64,000 bases of DNA from a virus (IMGVR_UViG_3300007735_000974:3884-67883); one strand, 5' to 3'; positions 9,807 through 19,307 are shown, numbered from the stretch's first letter. Notes: generated by a model from the sequence alone, not told the origin. Program-made: numbers and translations.

Positions 9807-11041
9807 AATTTTTTAGAGAACTAACTGAATACGAAAAAGATCGTTGTGTAGTTGCAACTTACTACATTGAATCTTATGAAAACCTTGGCACTTTGAGAGA
9901 TGCTGCTTGGAATCTTGCCATTGGACAAAGCGTTGGTAACCCAAAAGTTCGTAATCGTTGGGAAAGCGATGAACTATTTGAGCTAGCATCTTGTGTGATT
10001 TACGCTGACGAAAATGAACTTTCTCAGCAAACCAAAGGGCAAGTAAAAATTGGTTTCCCTAAAGTTAATACTGACTGGGAGGGAGATGGAATTTCTCACC
10101 TTCTTTGTCAATTGATGGGTGGTCAGTTAGACATTGATGTATTCAAAGTTTGCAGACTGCAGAAGTTAGAGTTTCCTGCAGATGTTGAAGCATCATTCCT
10201 TGGACCTAAAAATGGTATTGATGGAATTAGAAAGTTTGTTAATCGTTATGACAAACCTCTTTCTGGTGCGATTGTAAAACCAAAAACTGGTATCTCTCCA
10301 CAAACTCTCTCCGAGATGGTGAAAGAACTTCTTGACGGAGGCGTAGACTTTATTAAAGAAGATGAGATTCTTTCTAATCCCTCCTTCTGTCGTCTTGAAG
10401 ATCGTGTAGAACTTATTTCTAACATTGTTAATAATTGTGGGAGAAATGTAATCTATACATTCTGCATTAATGGTGATCATCATACCATTCTTGATCGTGC
10501 TAAATTTGTTGCAGAGAATGGTGGTAACGGTATTCATATTAATTTCTGGTCAGGTCTTGGAGTTTATAACTCTGTAAGAAAAATGAACCTACCATTGTTT
10601 ATCCATTATCAGAAGAGTGGAGACAAAATCCTTACGGATAAACGCCACGCATTTGGAATAGATTGGGACGTTCTTTGTGACCTTGCTGGTCTCTGTGGTG
10701 TGGATACGATTCACGCTGGAATGTGGGGTGGATATCTAAGCGATGACGAAAATGAACTTCGTCAAACCATGGCAACACTTCATAAGAGAAATGTTCTTCC
10801 CGCACTGAGCTGTGGTATGCATCCAGGCATTGTCAACACGACCGCAGAGAAGTTTGGTACAGACTTCCTTGCTAATTGTGGTGGAGCAGTTCATGGGCAC
10901 CCAGGTGGCACTCTGGCAGGTGCTCTGGCAATGCGTCAGGCAATCGACAAAACTCCTGGTCCAGAGTTTCGTGCTGCTATTGATAAATGGGGGTATGAAA
11001 CTGGAGGAGGTTCTTTACCTGAGTGGGTTTTAGATTTTTGA
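9803..11041 (+). CDS. RuBisCO-like protein (form IV, RLP)
   Basis: FLGPKNGIDG, IVKPKTG (K175/K177), GGVDFIKEDE (K201/D203/E204), IHAG (H327), SCG (S379), GGAVHGHPGG...GA.AMRQA. No small-subunit gene in the window. Confidence 0.93.
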   Translation: MKFFRELTEYEKDRCVVATYYIESYENLGTLRDAAWNLAIGQSVGNPKVRNRWESDELFELASCVIYADENELSQQTKGQVKIGFPKVNTDWEGDGISHLLCQLMGGQLDIDVFKVCRLQKLEFPADVEASFLGPKNGIDGIRKFVNRYDKPLSGAIVKPKTGISPQTLSEMVKELLDGGVDFIKEDEILSNPSFCRLEDRVELISNIVNNCGRNVIYTFCINGDHHTILDRAKFVAENGGNGIHINFWSGLGVYNSVRKMNLPLFIHYQKSGDKILTDKRHAFGIDWDVLCDLAGLCGVDTIHAGMWGGYLSDDENELRQTMATLHKRNVLPALSCGMHPGIVNTTAEKFGTDFLANCGGAVHGHPGGTLAGALAMRQAIDKTPGPEFRAAIDKWGYETGGGSLPEWVLDF

Positions 11042-11118
11042 TTCCCTCTTTTAAAACGAATATATAAAAAAGAATTTTATTTACTGAAGATTATTTAATT
11101 TAACAAGGAGATTAATTC

Positions 11119-11760
11119 ATGAAGTGGCAAACTGACCTTATTAAGGACATTAGAAGCAATACGCCTTATGATGATACTGAAGCAGGTATTAATCATTTTC
11201 TACATATTTGGCCTGGTATTGAAAATGATCCAGGAGTTTTAAATCCATTTGATGGTGTTGAGTGTAGTGAGTGTAATAAAGCAGCACTGCTTGAACAATT
11301 TTTGAAGGTTCGGGATAACTGTGCGGCAATTCTTGAAATTGGAATTGGTAGAAATGGTGAGAACTCTTTTGCTCATGTGTTTTTCAAAAATAAAAAAGAC
11401 GAAACCAAGTACGTTGGAATTGACATTGAAGATCGTAGTTGGTTGATTGATTGTGGTGAAAACATCTACACTATTCAAGGTAGTAGTTCAAACTATGAGG
11501 AGAATGTAGAAATTTTTAAAACTATGGGTGTAGATAAATTTGATTTTATTTTCATTGATGGTGATCATAGTGTAAATCAAGTTCTTAGAGATTGGGAATA
11601 TTCAAATCTTCTAAATGATGGTGGAATTGTTGGATTCCATGATACTAGTCATCATACTGGACCTTATCTATTCATTAAAAATTTGAATAAAGATATTTGG
11701 GATGTAGTTGAAAATGCTTGCCCACAAGATTATGGCATTGGATTTGCCAGAAAAAAATAA
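11119..11760 (+). CDS. Class I SAM-dependent methyltransferase (Methyltransf_24-like)
   Basis: LEIGIG, FDFIFIDGDHS, GGIVGFHD. Confidence 0.85.
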   Translation: MKWQTDLIKDIRSNTPYDDTEAGINHFLHIWPGIENDPGVLNPFDGVECSECNKAALLEQFLKVRDNCAAILEIGIGRNGENSFAHVFFKNKKDETKYVGIDIEDRSWLIDCGENIYTIQGSSSNYEENVEIFKTMGVDKFDFIFIDGDHSVNQVLRDWEYSNLLNDGGIVGFHDTSHHTGPYLFIKNLNKDIWDVVENACPQDYGIGFARKK

Positions 11761-11763
11761 ATC

Positions 11764-12771
11764 ATGAATCATATTGAAAATTTAAAATCCCAATATAAGG
11801 TAATTGTCTGGGGATTTAAACCAAACGAACAAGGCATTCATAAAAATACTGTAGGTTATGTTTGGGGTGGGTATTATAAAGGTTTCAAATCATTAGGGTT
11901 TGAAACCCACTGGATGTGTGATGATGATTATGATTCATCTCTAGATTATTCTAACTGCATTTTTATTGCTGAAGCATGGGACAGTAATAAAATGCCAATT
12001 GAAAATACATCCATTTATTACGTTCATAATGCTTATGATCCCTCAAAATATATCGGTAAAGTAAAAAAATTTATCGATATGAGATATAATCAAAAGTTTA
12101 TGAATAATCCAAATTATGTTTTTGAACGTAATAAAGACGAAGATGTTAAGGTAGGTCCTTGTTGCTATTATCAAGAATCGACTAATAAAATAATTCATTT
12201 AAAAAATGGATTTGTTGATTATGATATAGATGACTTTGACAAAATCTATACTAATTGGGCAACTGATTTATTGCCGGAAGAAATGAATGAGGATGATATT
12301 TACTTAGAGAGAGAAAATCTTATTGTTTTTCTTGGCACAATTTATTCTGATCAGTATACTAATATACCAGAATTACAAGAATTTGCAGAAGTTTGTAAAA
12401 CAAATAATGTTGATTTTCTAGTTAATCCATATTCTTATGGATCAGATCAAATTTCTGTAGATGACTATATCTCAAATTACAAAAGATCATTGTTTGGTCT
12501 TGACCTAAGAGGAAAAGATAATAGAGAAACTGGATATATTCCGTGCCGAGTATTTAAGAATGCAAGTTATGGTCTTTTGAGCACCACTAATTCCGAAGAA
12601 ATTTTCAAAGAAATGGACGGATATTGTGTATACAATCCATCTGTAACTCAACTATTTTATGATGCAATGGAGAAAAGAACAGATTTGGATTTTGTAAAGG
12701 AATCTTTTAATTATGTAAAAGAAAATCATACTTATATTAATAGATGTTCTGATTTGCTTAAAGTACTATGA
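11764..12771 (+). CDS. Putative GT-B glycosyltransferase-like protein
   Basis: C-terminal PCRVFK..SYG...VKENHTYINR resembles CgeB/GT1_2-type tails; glycan-locus context. Confidence 0.5.
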   Translation: MNHIENLKSQYKVIVWGFKPNEQGIHKNTVGYVWGGYYKGFKSLGFETHWMCDDDYDSSLDYSNCIFIAEAWDSNKMPIENTSIYYVHNAYDPSKYIGKVKKFIDMRYNQKFMNNPNYVFERNKDEDVKVGPCCYYQESTNKIIHLKNGFVDYDIDDFDKIYTNWATDLLPEEMNEDDIYLERENLIVFLGTIYSDQYTNIPELQEFAEVCKTNNVDFLVNPYSYGSDQISVDDYISNYKRSLFGLDLRGKDNRETGYIPCRVFKNASYGLLSTTNSEEIFKEMDGYCVYNPSVTQLFYDAMEKRTDLDFVKESFNYVKENHTYINRCSDLLKVL

Positions 12772-13490
12772 AAGTAGCATTTTGTTTTTGTGGACAACCA
12801 AGAGACGTTAAAAACAGTCTTGATAATATAAAAAAAGCATGGGGAACATATCAAGAATTAGATTTTTTCTTCCATACTTGGATACCAGAAGATAGAACAC
12901 CATATCGTATTGATACGCCATCAGATTCTTATTTTACTGGCATTGAATCATATTTAATTGAAAGTTTGAACCCAGTCAAGTGTGAATTTCAAAGACAAAT
13001 AACTTTTAGAAATCAATACAGAGATTCTGTGCATTGGCCAATCCGTAGTGCCTTTATCCCTAATCCGTCTCAAAATATTCAGTCCTTCTTTTATTCACTG
13101 AAGAAGGCAAATGATTTGAAACGGCAACATGAAATTGAAAATAATTTTCGATATGATTGTGTAATTAGATGTAGATTTGACTACATCTTCAATAAAAAGT
13201 ATAATGTTGAAGACTTTGATTTAAATTATCTAAACGTAAAGGGTGATTGTAAGCATACTGAATATGCTATCAATGACCATGTTGCATTATCAAACAGCGA
13301 AAATATGGATTTATATTCTACCGTGATTGATAATATGCAGAAGTATTATATGGAAGGTATTGAATTTAATACTGAAGTTATCTTAGGATATAATGCAATG
13401 ATGCAGGGTTTGGAATATCATAAAACTCTGGGTGATAATGATGAGTCATACGTTTCTACAAAAGTTGAAAGGAATAGAGTTTTCTTATGA
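12768..13490 (+). CDS. Uncharacterised glycan-locus protein (paralog family)
   Basis: KVAFCFCGQPR, DFFFHTW, YDCVIRCRFD. Confidence 0.6.
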   Translation: MKVAFCFCGQPRDVKNSLDNIKKAWGTYQELDFFFHTWIPEDRTPYRIDTPSDSYFTGIESYLIESLNPVKCEFQRQITFRNQYRDSVHWPIRSAFIPNPSQNIQSFFYSLKKANDLKRQHEIENNFRYDCVIRCRFDYIFNKKYNVEDFDLNYLNVKGDCKHTEYAINDHVALSNSENMDLYSTVIDNMQKYYMEGIEFNTEVILGYNAMMQGLEYHKTLGDNDESYVSTKVERNRVFL

Positions 13491-14455
13491 ACATTGCTTT
13501 TATTGGTCCTGGTGTTATGCCCATCCCACCTAATGGTTGGGGTGCTGTTGAGATGATGATATGGGACTATGCTACCATTATGGGAGACTTAGATCACACT
13601 GGTATAATCATCAATACTCCAGACAGAAATCAAATTCTTGAAGAATTGAAGCAAGATAAGTTTGATATTGTTCATCTTCATTATGATGTGTTTCATGATA
13701 TTATTCCTTACATTCCAACCGTAACAAATGGGAAATTAGTAGTATCAAGTCATTATCCTTATATAAACAATCCTTCAATGTGGAGGCAAGATAACTATGG
13801 TCCAATTATGAATTCTTATTCCAAGAATGAGAACTTTCATATTTTTGCCTCAAGTCAAAACGATATTAATACATTTGTTGAAAATGGTGCAATTGAAGAA
13901 CGCTGTTGGTTGAGTCGTCTTGGTGTCTTGCATTCTTCATATTCTTTTGACGCAACTCCAACATATAGTAATACACTTTGTTTTTCCCAAGTATGTGATC
14001 GCAAACGTCAATATCTTCTGCAAGATTTTGATAATGTGGACATTATTGGAAGAATGGAGCAAGGAAGGTTTACCAATCCAAAAAACTATAAAGGTGAGTA
14101 TGATAGGAAAAAACTAAACGAAGAGATTACCAAGTATCCAAACTTTACTCTTCTAAGTAAAATTGAAAATACAACTCCTCTTGTTGTAAAAGAAGCATTG
14201 ATTTGTGGACTTGGCGTAGTTGTTTCTGAAACAGTTTCTGTTGAATTGGATACTACAAGAGAATTTGTTGACGTGATTCCAGAAGATAGAATAGAAGACA
14301 TTTCATACGTTAATTCGGTTTTGGAAAAGAACAAAGAGTACTCCGTTCAAAACAGAGAAGAGATTAGAGAATATGGTATCAATACTTTTGGATTGGAAAG
14401 TATCATTAAAAATGAATATGTTCCTAAATTGGAATCTATAATCAATGAAAATTAG
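13487..14455 (+). CDS. Glycosyltransferase family 4-like
   Basis: PIPPNGWGAVE N-terminus, LVVKEALICGLGVV. Confidence 0.8.
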   Translation: MNIAFIGPGVMPIPPNGWGAVEMMIWDYATIMGDLDHTGIIINTPDRNQILEELKQDKFDIVHLHYDVFHDIIPYIPTVTNGKLVVSSHYPYINNPSMWRQDNYGPIMNSYSKNENFHIFASSQNDINTFVENGAIEERCWLSRLGVLHSSYSFDATPTYSNTLCFSQVCDRKRQYLLQDFDNVDIIGRMEQGRFTNPKNYKGEYDRKKLNEEITKYPNFTLLSKIENTTPLVVKEALICGLGVVVSETVSVELDTTREFVDVIPEDRIEDISYVNSVLEKNKEYSVQNREEIREYGINTFGLESIIKNEYVPKLESIINEN

Positions 14456-15389
14456 TATTATTGGTCCTGCAACTCAAATACCTCCAGTTGGTTGGGGAGC
14501 AGTAGAAAGTTTAATCTGGGATTATAAGATAACTCTAGAGAAGTTGGAACATCAAGTTCAAATTATTAACGTTGGAAGTCCTGTAGAAATCATTCAAAAA
14601 GTTAATTCTTTTAGACCAGATTTTGTTCATATTAACTATGACGATTGGATTACAATCTATCCATACATTCAGTATCCTTGTGCTTGTACAACTCACTATG
14701 GTTATCTTGAAAATCAAGATATGATGGGTGGATATGTGAATATATTCAATTTATTTGGACAATACAAACCAAATATTTTTTGTTTGTCTTCAGGTATAAA
14801 AGAAGTATACAGAACTAGGTTAGGTATACCAGAGCAAAATTTATATTTGAATCCAAATGGAGTAAATGTAGAAAATTTTAAATTTACTACAGACCCAAAA
14901 TTTCCTGATAGAAGCATTTATCTTGCAAAGGTTGACTATAGAAAAAGACAATATTTGTTTCAAGGAATCTCCAGTTTATGGTATGCTGGGAACATTGCAG
15001 ACTCTAGATTCAATACTCAAAAAAATTATCTTGGGGAGTGGAGTAAAGAAACTCTTTATGCCAATTTGACAGACTATGGAAATCTGGTATTATTGAGTGA
15101 TGGTGAAGCGCATCCTCTAGTTTGCATGGAGGCTTTTGCTGCTGGTTTAGGTGTTGTCGTTAGTGAATATGCGACTGCTAATCTAGATTTAGATAAAGAT
15201 TTTATTGACGTTATTCCTGAAAATAAAATCAGTGACATTTCATATATTGAAAGTGTTATAACCAAGAACAGAGAATATTCTATTTCTCATCGTGAAGAAA
15301 TTTTTGAATACTCCAAAAACTTTGAGTGGTCAAATATAATAGAGAATTATTATCTACCCAGTATTGAAAAATTGATTGAAAAATTATGA
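14445..15389 (+). CDS. Glycosyltransferase family 4-like (paralog of 13487)
   Basis: IPPVGWGAVE, PNGV, EAHPLVCMEAFAAG (E-x7-E). Confidence 0.82.
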   Translation: MKISIIGPATQIPPVGWGAVESLIWDYKITLEKLEHQVQIINVGSPVEIIQKVNSFRPDFVHINYDDWITIYPYIQYPCACTTHYGYLENQDMMGGYVNIFNLFGQYKPNIFCLSSGIKEVYRTRLGIPEQNLYLNPNGVNVENFKFTTDPKFPDRSIYLAKVDYRKRQYLFQGISSLWYAGNIADSRFNTQKNYLGEWSKETLYANLTDYGNLVLLSDGEAHPLVCMEAFAAGLGVVVSEYATANLDLDKDFIDVIPENKISDISYIESVITKNREYSISHREEIFEYSKNFEWSNIIENYYLPSIEKLIEKL

Positions 15390-16177
15390 TAGGATTTAAT
15401 GCTTTAGGTCAATTAGGCAGACTTGGAAATCAAATGTTTCAATTTGCTGCTCTCAAAGGAGTTGCAAATAAACATGGATATCAATACTGTATTCCTCCAA
15501 GTCAAAATAAAAATGAGTGGAAAGATCATCAATTGTTGGTCCCATTCAAATTAGAAAGTGTTTCTCAATTGAACGTCCAATATATTGATGTTGATAGACC
15601 AATTGTTATGGAAGGGACATTTTCATTTAATGAAAAGTTTTTTAATCAATGTCCTGATTGGGTTTCTATTCAAGGATTTTTTCAATCTGAAAAATACTTC
15701 AAACATATTGAAGATGAGATTAGATCTGATTTTACATTCAAAGATGAAATCCTGGAACCTTGCAGAGAAATGATTTCTCAATTGAATGCTTCTCCAATTG
15801 CACTTCATATTCGTAGAACGGACTATATTACCAATCCAAATCATACTGCACTTGAATTGGATTATTATCAAAAAGCATTGGAGCAGTTTGGTAATGAAAC
15901 AGTTCTTGTATTCTCTGATGATCCAGAATGGTGCAATCAACAAGAACTATTTTCTTCAGATAGGTTTCTTATTGCTGAGGGCAATAGTAATTATGTTGAC
16001 TTATGTTTGATGACATTATGTTCGGGTCATATTATTGCAAACTCTTCATTCTCTTGGTGGGGTGCGTGGTTAGCAAACAATAATAAAGTTGTTGCGCCAT
16101 CTGGGTGGTTTGCTGGATCTGATAATAAACACATAGATACTAAAGATCTTATTCCAGAAACTTGGATGATAATTTAA
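15386..16177 (+). CDS. Alpha-1,2-fucosyltransferase (GT11)
   Basis: GRLGNQMFQ, GFFQSEKYF, HIRRTDY, FSDD, ANSSFSWWGAWL. Confidence 0.93.
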   Translation: MIGFNALGQLGRLGNQMFQFAALKGVANKHGYQYCIPPSQNKNEWKDHQLLVPFKLESVSQLNVQYIDVDRPIVMEGTFSFNEKFFNQCPDWVSIQGFFQSEKYFKHIEDEIRSDFTFKDEILEPCREMISQLNASPIALHIRRTDYITNPNHTALELDYYQKALEQFGNETVLVFSDDPEWCNQQELFSSDRFLIAEGNSNYVDLCLMTLCSGHIIANSSFSWWGAWLANNNKVVAPSGWFAGSDNKHIDTKDLIPETWMII

Positions 16178-16893
16178 TGAAAGTTGCGATTTGTTTTATT
16201 GGAACTGGAAAGTATTTGAACTTCCTTCCAAAGTATTATGAAAATATTCAAGAATATTTTCTTCCTAACAGCGAAAAGACTTTTTTAGTTTTTACTGATG
16301 GAGAAGGTGATTTTCCTGATGATGTCAAAGTATATCAACAAGAACATCTTGAATGGCCTTATGTTACTTTAACAAGATTTGGAATCATTCAAAAAGCAAA
16401 AAAAGAAATTGTAAAGAATGATTGGTTTGTTTTTATTGATGCAGATGCATTGGTAGTTGATTCAATTACTGAAGAAGAATTTTTTAATAATGAAAAACCA
16501 TTCTTTGGTGTTCACCATCCTTGCCACTTCCTTCAAATGCCTCCTCATAATAAATATCCAGGAGCATTTGAAACCAATCCACTATCACTATCACACATAA
16601 GTCAAACTGATGATTTATCTGTGTATTATCAGGGATGTTTATGGGGAGGAAGAGTTCCTGATGTTCTTGAAATGATTGAAGAACTTGATGGTAGAATCAA
16701 TAAAGATCTTGAAAATAATGTGATTGCGGTCTGGCATGATGAAAGTCATATCAACAAATTTTTTATTGAGCGCAAAGAAAATGTAAATATTTTAGGACCT
16801 GAATATGCATATCCTGAAGTATTTTCTGAACATTGCAAATTTGAACCAAAAATAGTACACTTAGCAAAGAACAACTCAAAATATCATGTTTGA
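16177..16893 (+). CDS. Glycosyltransferase family 6 (ABO/alpha-Gal-type)
   Basis: IGTGKY, VFTD, WP..TL.RF, DAD, YYQGCLWGG, WHDESHIN, PEY. Confidence 0.9.
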   Translation: MKVAICFIGTGKYLNFLPKYYENIQEYFLPNSEKTFLVFTDGEGDFPDDVKVYQQEHLEWPYVTLTRFGIIQKAKKEIVKNDWFVFIDADALVVDSITEEEFFNNEKPFFGVHHPCHFLQMPPHNKYPGAFETNPLSLSHISQTDDLSVYYQGCLWGGRVPDVLEMIEELDGRINKDLENNVIAVWHDESHINKFFIERKENVNILGPEYAYPEVFSEHCKFEPKIVHLAKNNSKYHV

Positions 16894-17695
16894 ATTAGTT
16901 GATAAGAATAAATCTGCTCATAAACTTAAAGGTATTGGTCCAATCTATTACTTAAATCTTGATGGTCAACCAGAAAGACGCCAGTATATGGAAGACCAAT
17001 TTAAATATTGGGAGATTGAAAACTACACACGTATTTCTGCATATGATGGACGTGAGGATGACTTAAGTAATATTATTGCTGGTCGTTATCCTGAAATGAT
17101 GACTTCTGGTGAAATTGGATGCACTACATCTCATCTAAAAGCAATTAAACATTGGATGGAAACATCTGATGATCCTTATGCAATTATTATGGAGGATGAT
17201 TGCAACTTAGACTTGGTTAAGTTCTGGAACTTTACTTGGGATGATTTCTATGCACACATCCCTTATGACTGGGATATTGTACAAATTGCTATTATCTGTA
17301 CTGGCGATATTCACGTTAAGTTGCATAAGAGATTTGTAAATGATTTTTCTACGGCTTGTTATTTGATTAATCGACATCACGCAGAAAAACTTCTTAAGTT
17401 TCATTGTAGAGGAAATAAGTATAAACTTGATAATGGCGTTAAACCAAGACCTGTTGCAGATGATTTGATTTATAATACGGGGAATACATATTCAATTCCT
17501 CTTCTTCTTTATAGAATTGAATTGGGATCTTCTATTCATCCAGAACATATTGATGCATTTCATAAAGCAAACTATAATGCTTTATCGCAGTTTTGGGAAC
17601 AGAATGGTGCTGATATTGATATTAAGGATTATATGAATTACGATCCTTATCTTGGTAGGATAACCGAAAATTCCGCAGCAAATCAATCCGCTTGA
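16886..17695 (+). CDS. Glycosyltransferase family 25
   Basis: YLNLD..PERR, RISAYDG, GEIGCTTSH, IMEDD, STACYLI. Confidence 0.88.
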   Translation: MFELVDKNKSAHKLKGIGPIYYLNLDGQPERRQYMEDQFKYWEIENYTRISAYDGREDDLSNIIAGRYPEMMTSGEIGCTTSHLKAIKHWMETSDDPYAIIMEDDCNLDLVKFWNFTWDDFYAHIPYDWDIVQIAIICTGDIHVKLHKRFVNDFSTACYLINRHHAEKLLKFHCRGNKYKLDNGVKPRPVADDLIYNTGNTYSIPLLLYRIELGSSIHPEHIDAFHKANYNALSQFWEQNGADIDIKDYMNYDPYLGRITENSAANQSA

Positions 17696-17756
17696 CATAT
17701 TTTATAATTTATATTATACTATGCTCATCTTAAGATTTGCTTAAGACGTATAAATA
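17692..17756 (+). promoter_or_regulatory. Sigma70-type promoter (TTGACA-17-TATACT) followed by T4-type late promoter TATAAATA, upstream of the porin
   Basis: TTGACA 17692-17697, TATACT 17715-17720, TATAAATA 17749-17756. Confidence 0.75.
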
Positions 17757-17816
17757 ACGAAGATTTGCCTTGTTGTAAATCTTCACATTGTCGTTTAGTA
17801 CAAAAAACAAACTTTT

Positions 17817-19304
17817 ATGAAAATCAAACAACTGATGCTTGCACCTGTTGCTTTGGGTATGATTGCTCCTTCTGTTGCAAATGCCGCAGACCTTAATATG
17901 TCAGCAGTCAATCAATACTCAACTGGAGAACAGGTTTCGAGCGTTACTCAATTGTCTGATGTTCGTCCTACGGATTGGGCATACCAGGCACTCAGCAACC
18001 TTGTTGAGAAATATGGTTGCGTTGCAGGTTATCCCAACGGAACCTTTGGTGGTGGTAAGTCAATGACCCGTTTTGAGGCAGCAGCTCTTCTGAATGCTTG
18101 TCTTGATCGTGTGACTGAAAGCACTGACGAACTTCGCAAACTTCTTGCTGAGTTTGATACAGAACTTACTGTTATCACTGCTCGTGTTGATGGTCTTGAA
18201 AGCAAAGTTGGTAAACTTCAAGCACAACAGTTCTCTACCACTACCAAACTGAAGGGTGAAGCAACTTTCGTTCTTGGTGGTGTTCCTGGTTATAAGACTA
18301 CTACTGGTGCTACTGCTGGTAATACTGCATTCAACTATGATCTTCGTATCAACCTTGATACTTCGTTCACTGGTAAAGATTTGCTTCGCACTCGTCTGCG
18401 TTCTGGCAACTTCTCTGCACAACCTTTTGGTTCTTCTTCTTCACTTCTCAAACTTGATAAAGCAGAAACTTCACAAGGTACTGGAACTACCAGTAACATC
18501 TGGTTGGATCGTCTTTACTACACCTTCCCTGTTGGTCAGAATGTAAAACTGACTGCAGGTGCTCTGGTTCGTAACACAGAACTTGCTTGGATTCCTTCTG
18601 CTTACAAGTCGGACATTCTTGACTTCTTCCAACTTGGTGGTGCTTCAGGTGTTTATAACAAAGCAACTGGTGCTGGATTTGGTGCTCAGTACACTCAACC
18701 TGGCAAACAAGGTTTTGTTGCTAACTTGAACTATATTGCTGAGAATGGTTCTGATAGTTCTACTGGTGTCTTTGATTCTGAAGGTAAACTGAACCTTCTG
18801 GGTCAGATTGGTTATCGTGCCACTCAATGGGGTGCTGCTGTTGGTTATCGTTATGGTACTTACGGTACTCGCGTTCGTAACTACAACGCTCTTGGCGGTG
18901 GTTCTGGTGCTCTTACAAATGGTCAAGAATCAAATAGTGTTGCATTCAACGCTTATTGGCAACCAAAGACTTCTGGTATCGTTCCTTCCATCAGCTTCGG
19001 TTATGGATACAACGGTGTGAGCGGTGCTGGTGCAAGAACTGGCGCTACTAACTCACAATCGTGGATGGCAGGTCTTCAGTGGTCTGATGTGTTTGCTAAA
19101 GGTAATGCTGCTGGTGTTGCTTACGGTGAACCTTCTAACTCGGAAAATGCTCCTAAAGCACAAATGTTGGAAGTGTTCTATAAGTATCGTGTGAGCGATA
19201 ACATTAGTGTTACTCCTGCTGTGTTCTATGTTTCGGACAACCAAGGTGCTAAAAATGCTGCCTCTAACTGGGGTGGTGTGATTCAGACAACCTTCAAGTT
19301 CTGA
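17817..19304 (+). CDS. Cyanobacterial outer-membrane porin (SLH domain + OprB-like barrel; Som/iron-uptake porin family)
   Basis: Signal peptide, SDVRPTDWAYQAL..LVEKYGCVAGYPNG SLH, FSTTTKLKGE, C-terminal TTFKF. Confidence 0.92.
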   Translation: MKIKQLMLAPVALGMIAPSVANAADLNMSAVNQYSTGEQVSSVTQLSDVRPTDWAYQALSNLVEKYGCVAGYPNGTFGGGKSMTRFEAAALLNACLDRVTESTDELRKLLAEFDTELTVITARVDGLESKVGKLQAQQFSTTTKLKGEATFVLGGVPGYKTTTGATAGNTAFNYDLRINLDTSFTGKDLLRTRLRSGNFSAQPFGSSSSLLKLDKAETSQGTGTTSNIWLDRLYYTFPVGQNVKLTAGALVRNTELAWIPSAYKSDILDFFQLGGASGVYNKATGAGFGAQYTQPGKQGFVANLNYIAENGSDSSTGVFDSEGKLNLLGQIGYRATQWGAAVGYRYGTYGTRVRNYNALGGGSGALTNGQESNSVAFNAYWQPKTSGIVPSISFGYGYNGVSGAGARTGATNSQSWMAGLQWSDVFAKGNAAGVAYGEPSNSENAPKAQMLEVFYKYRVSDNISVTPAVFYVSDNQGAKNAASNWGGVIQTTFKF

Positions 19305-19307
19305 TAA

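Noticed and set aside
9803-11041. Bona fide CO2-fixing RuBisCO large subunit (rbcL)
   Set aside because: Shorter (412 aa), with apparent loss of E60, H294 and K334 equivalents, and no rbcS or carboxysome genes in the window; fits a form IV RLP.
1-17695. Bacterial LPS/capsule locus from a host chromosome
   Set aside because: It runs into T4-like phage genes with similar AT content and gene packing, and such islands are known in large cyanomyoviruses. A chimeric assembly cannot be fully excluded without reads.
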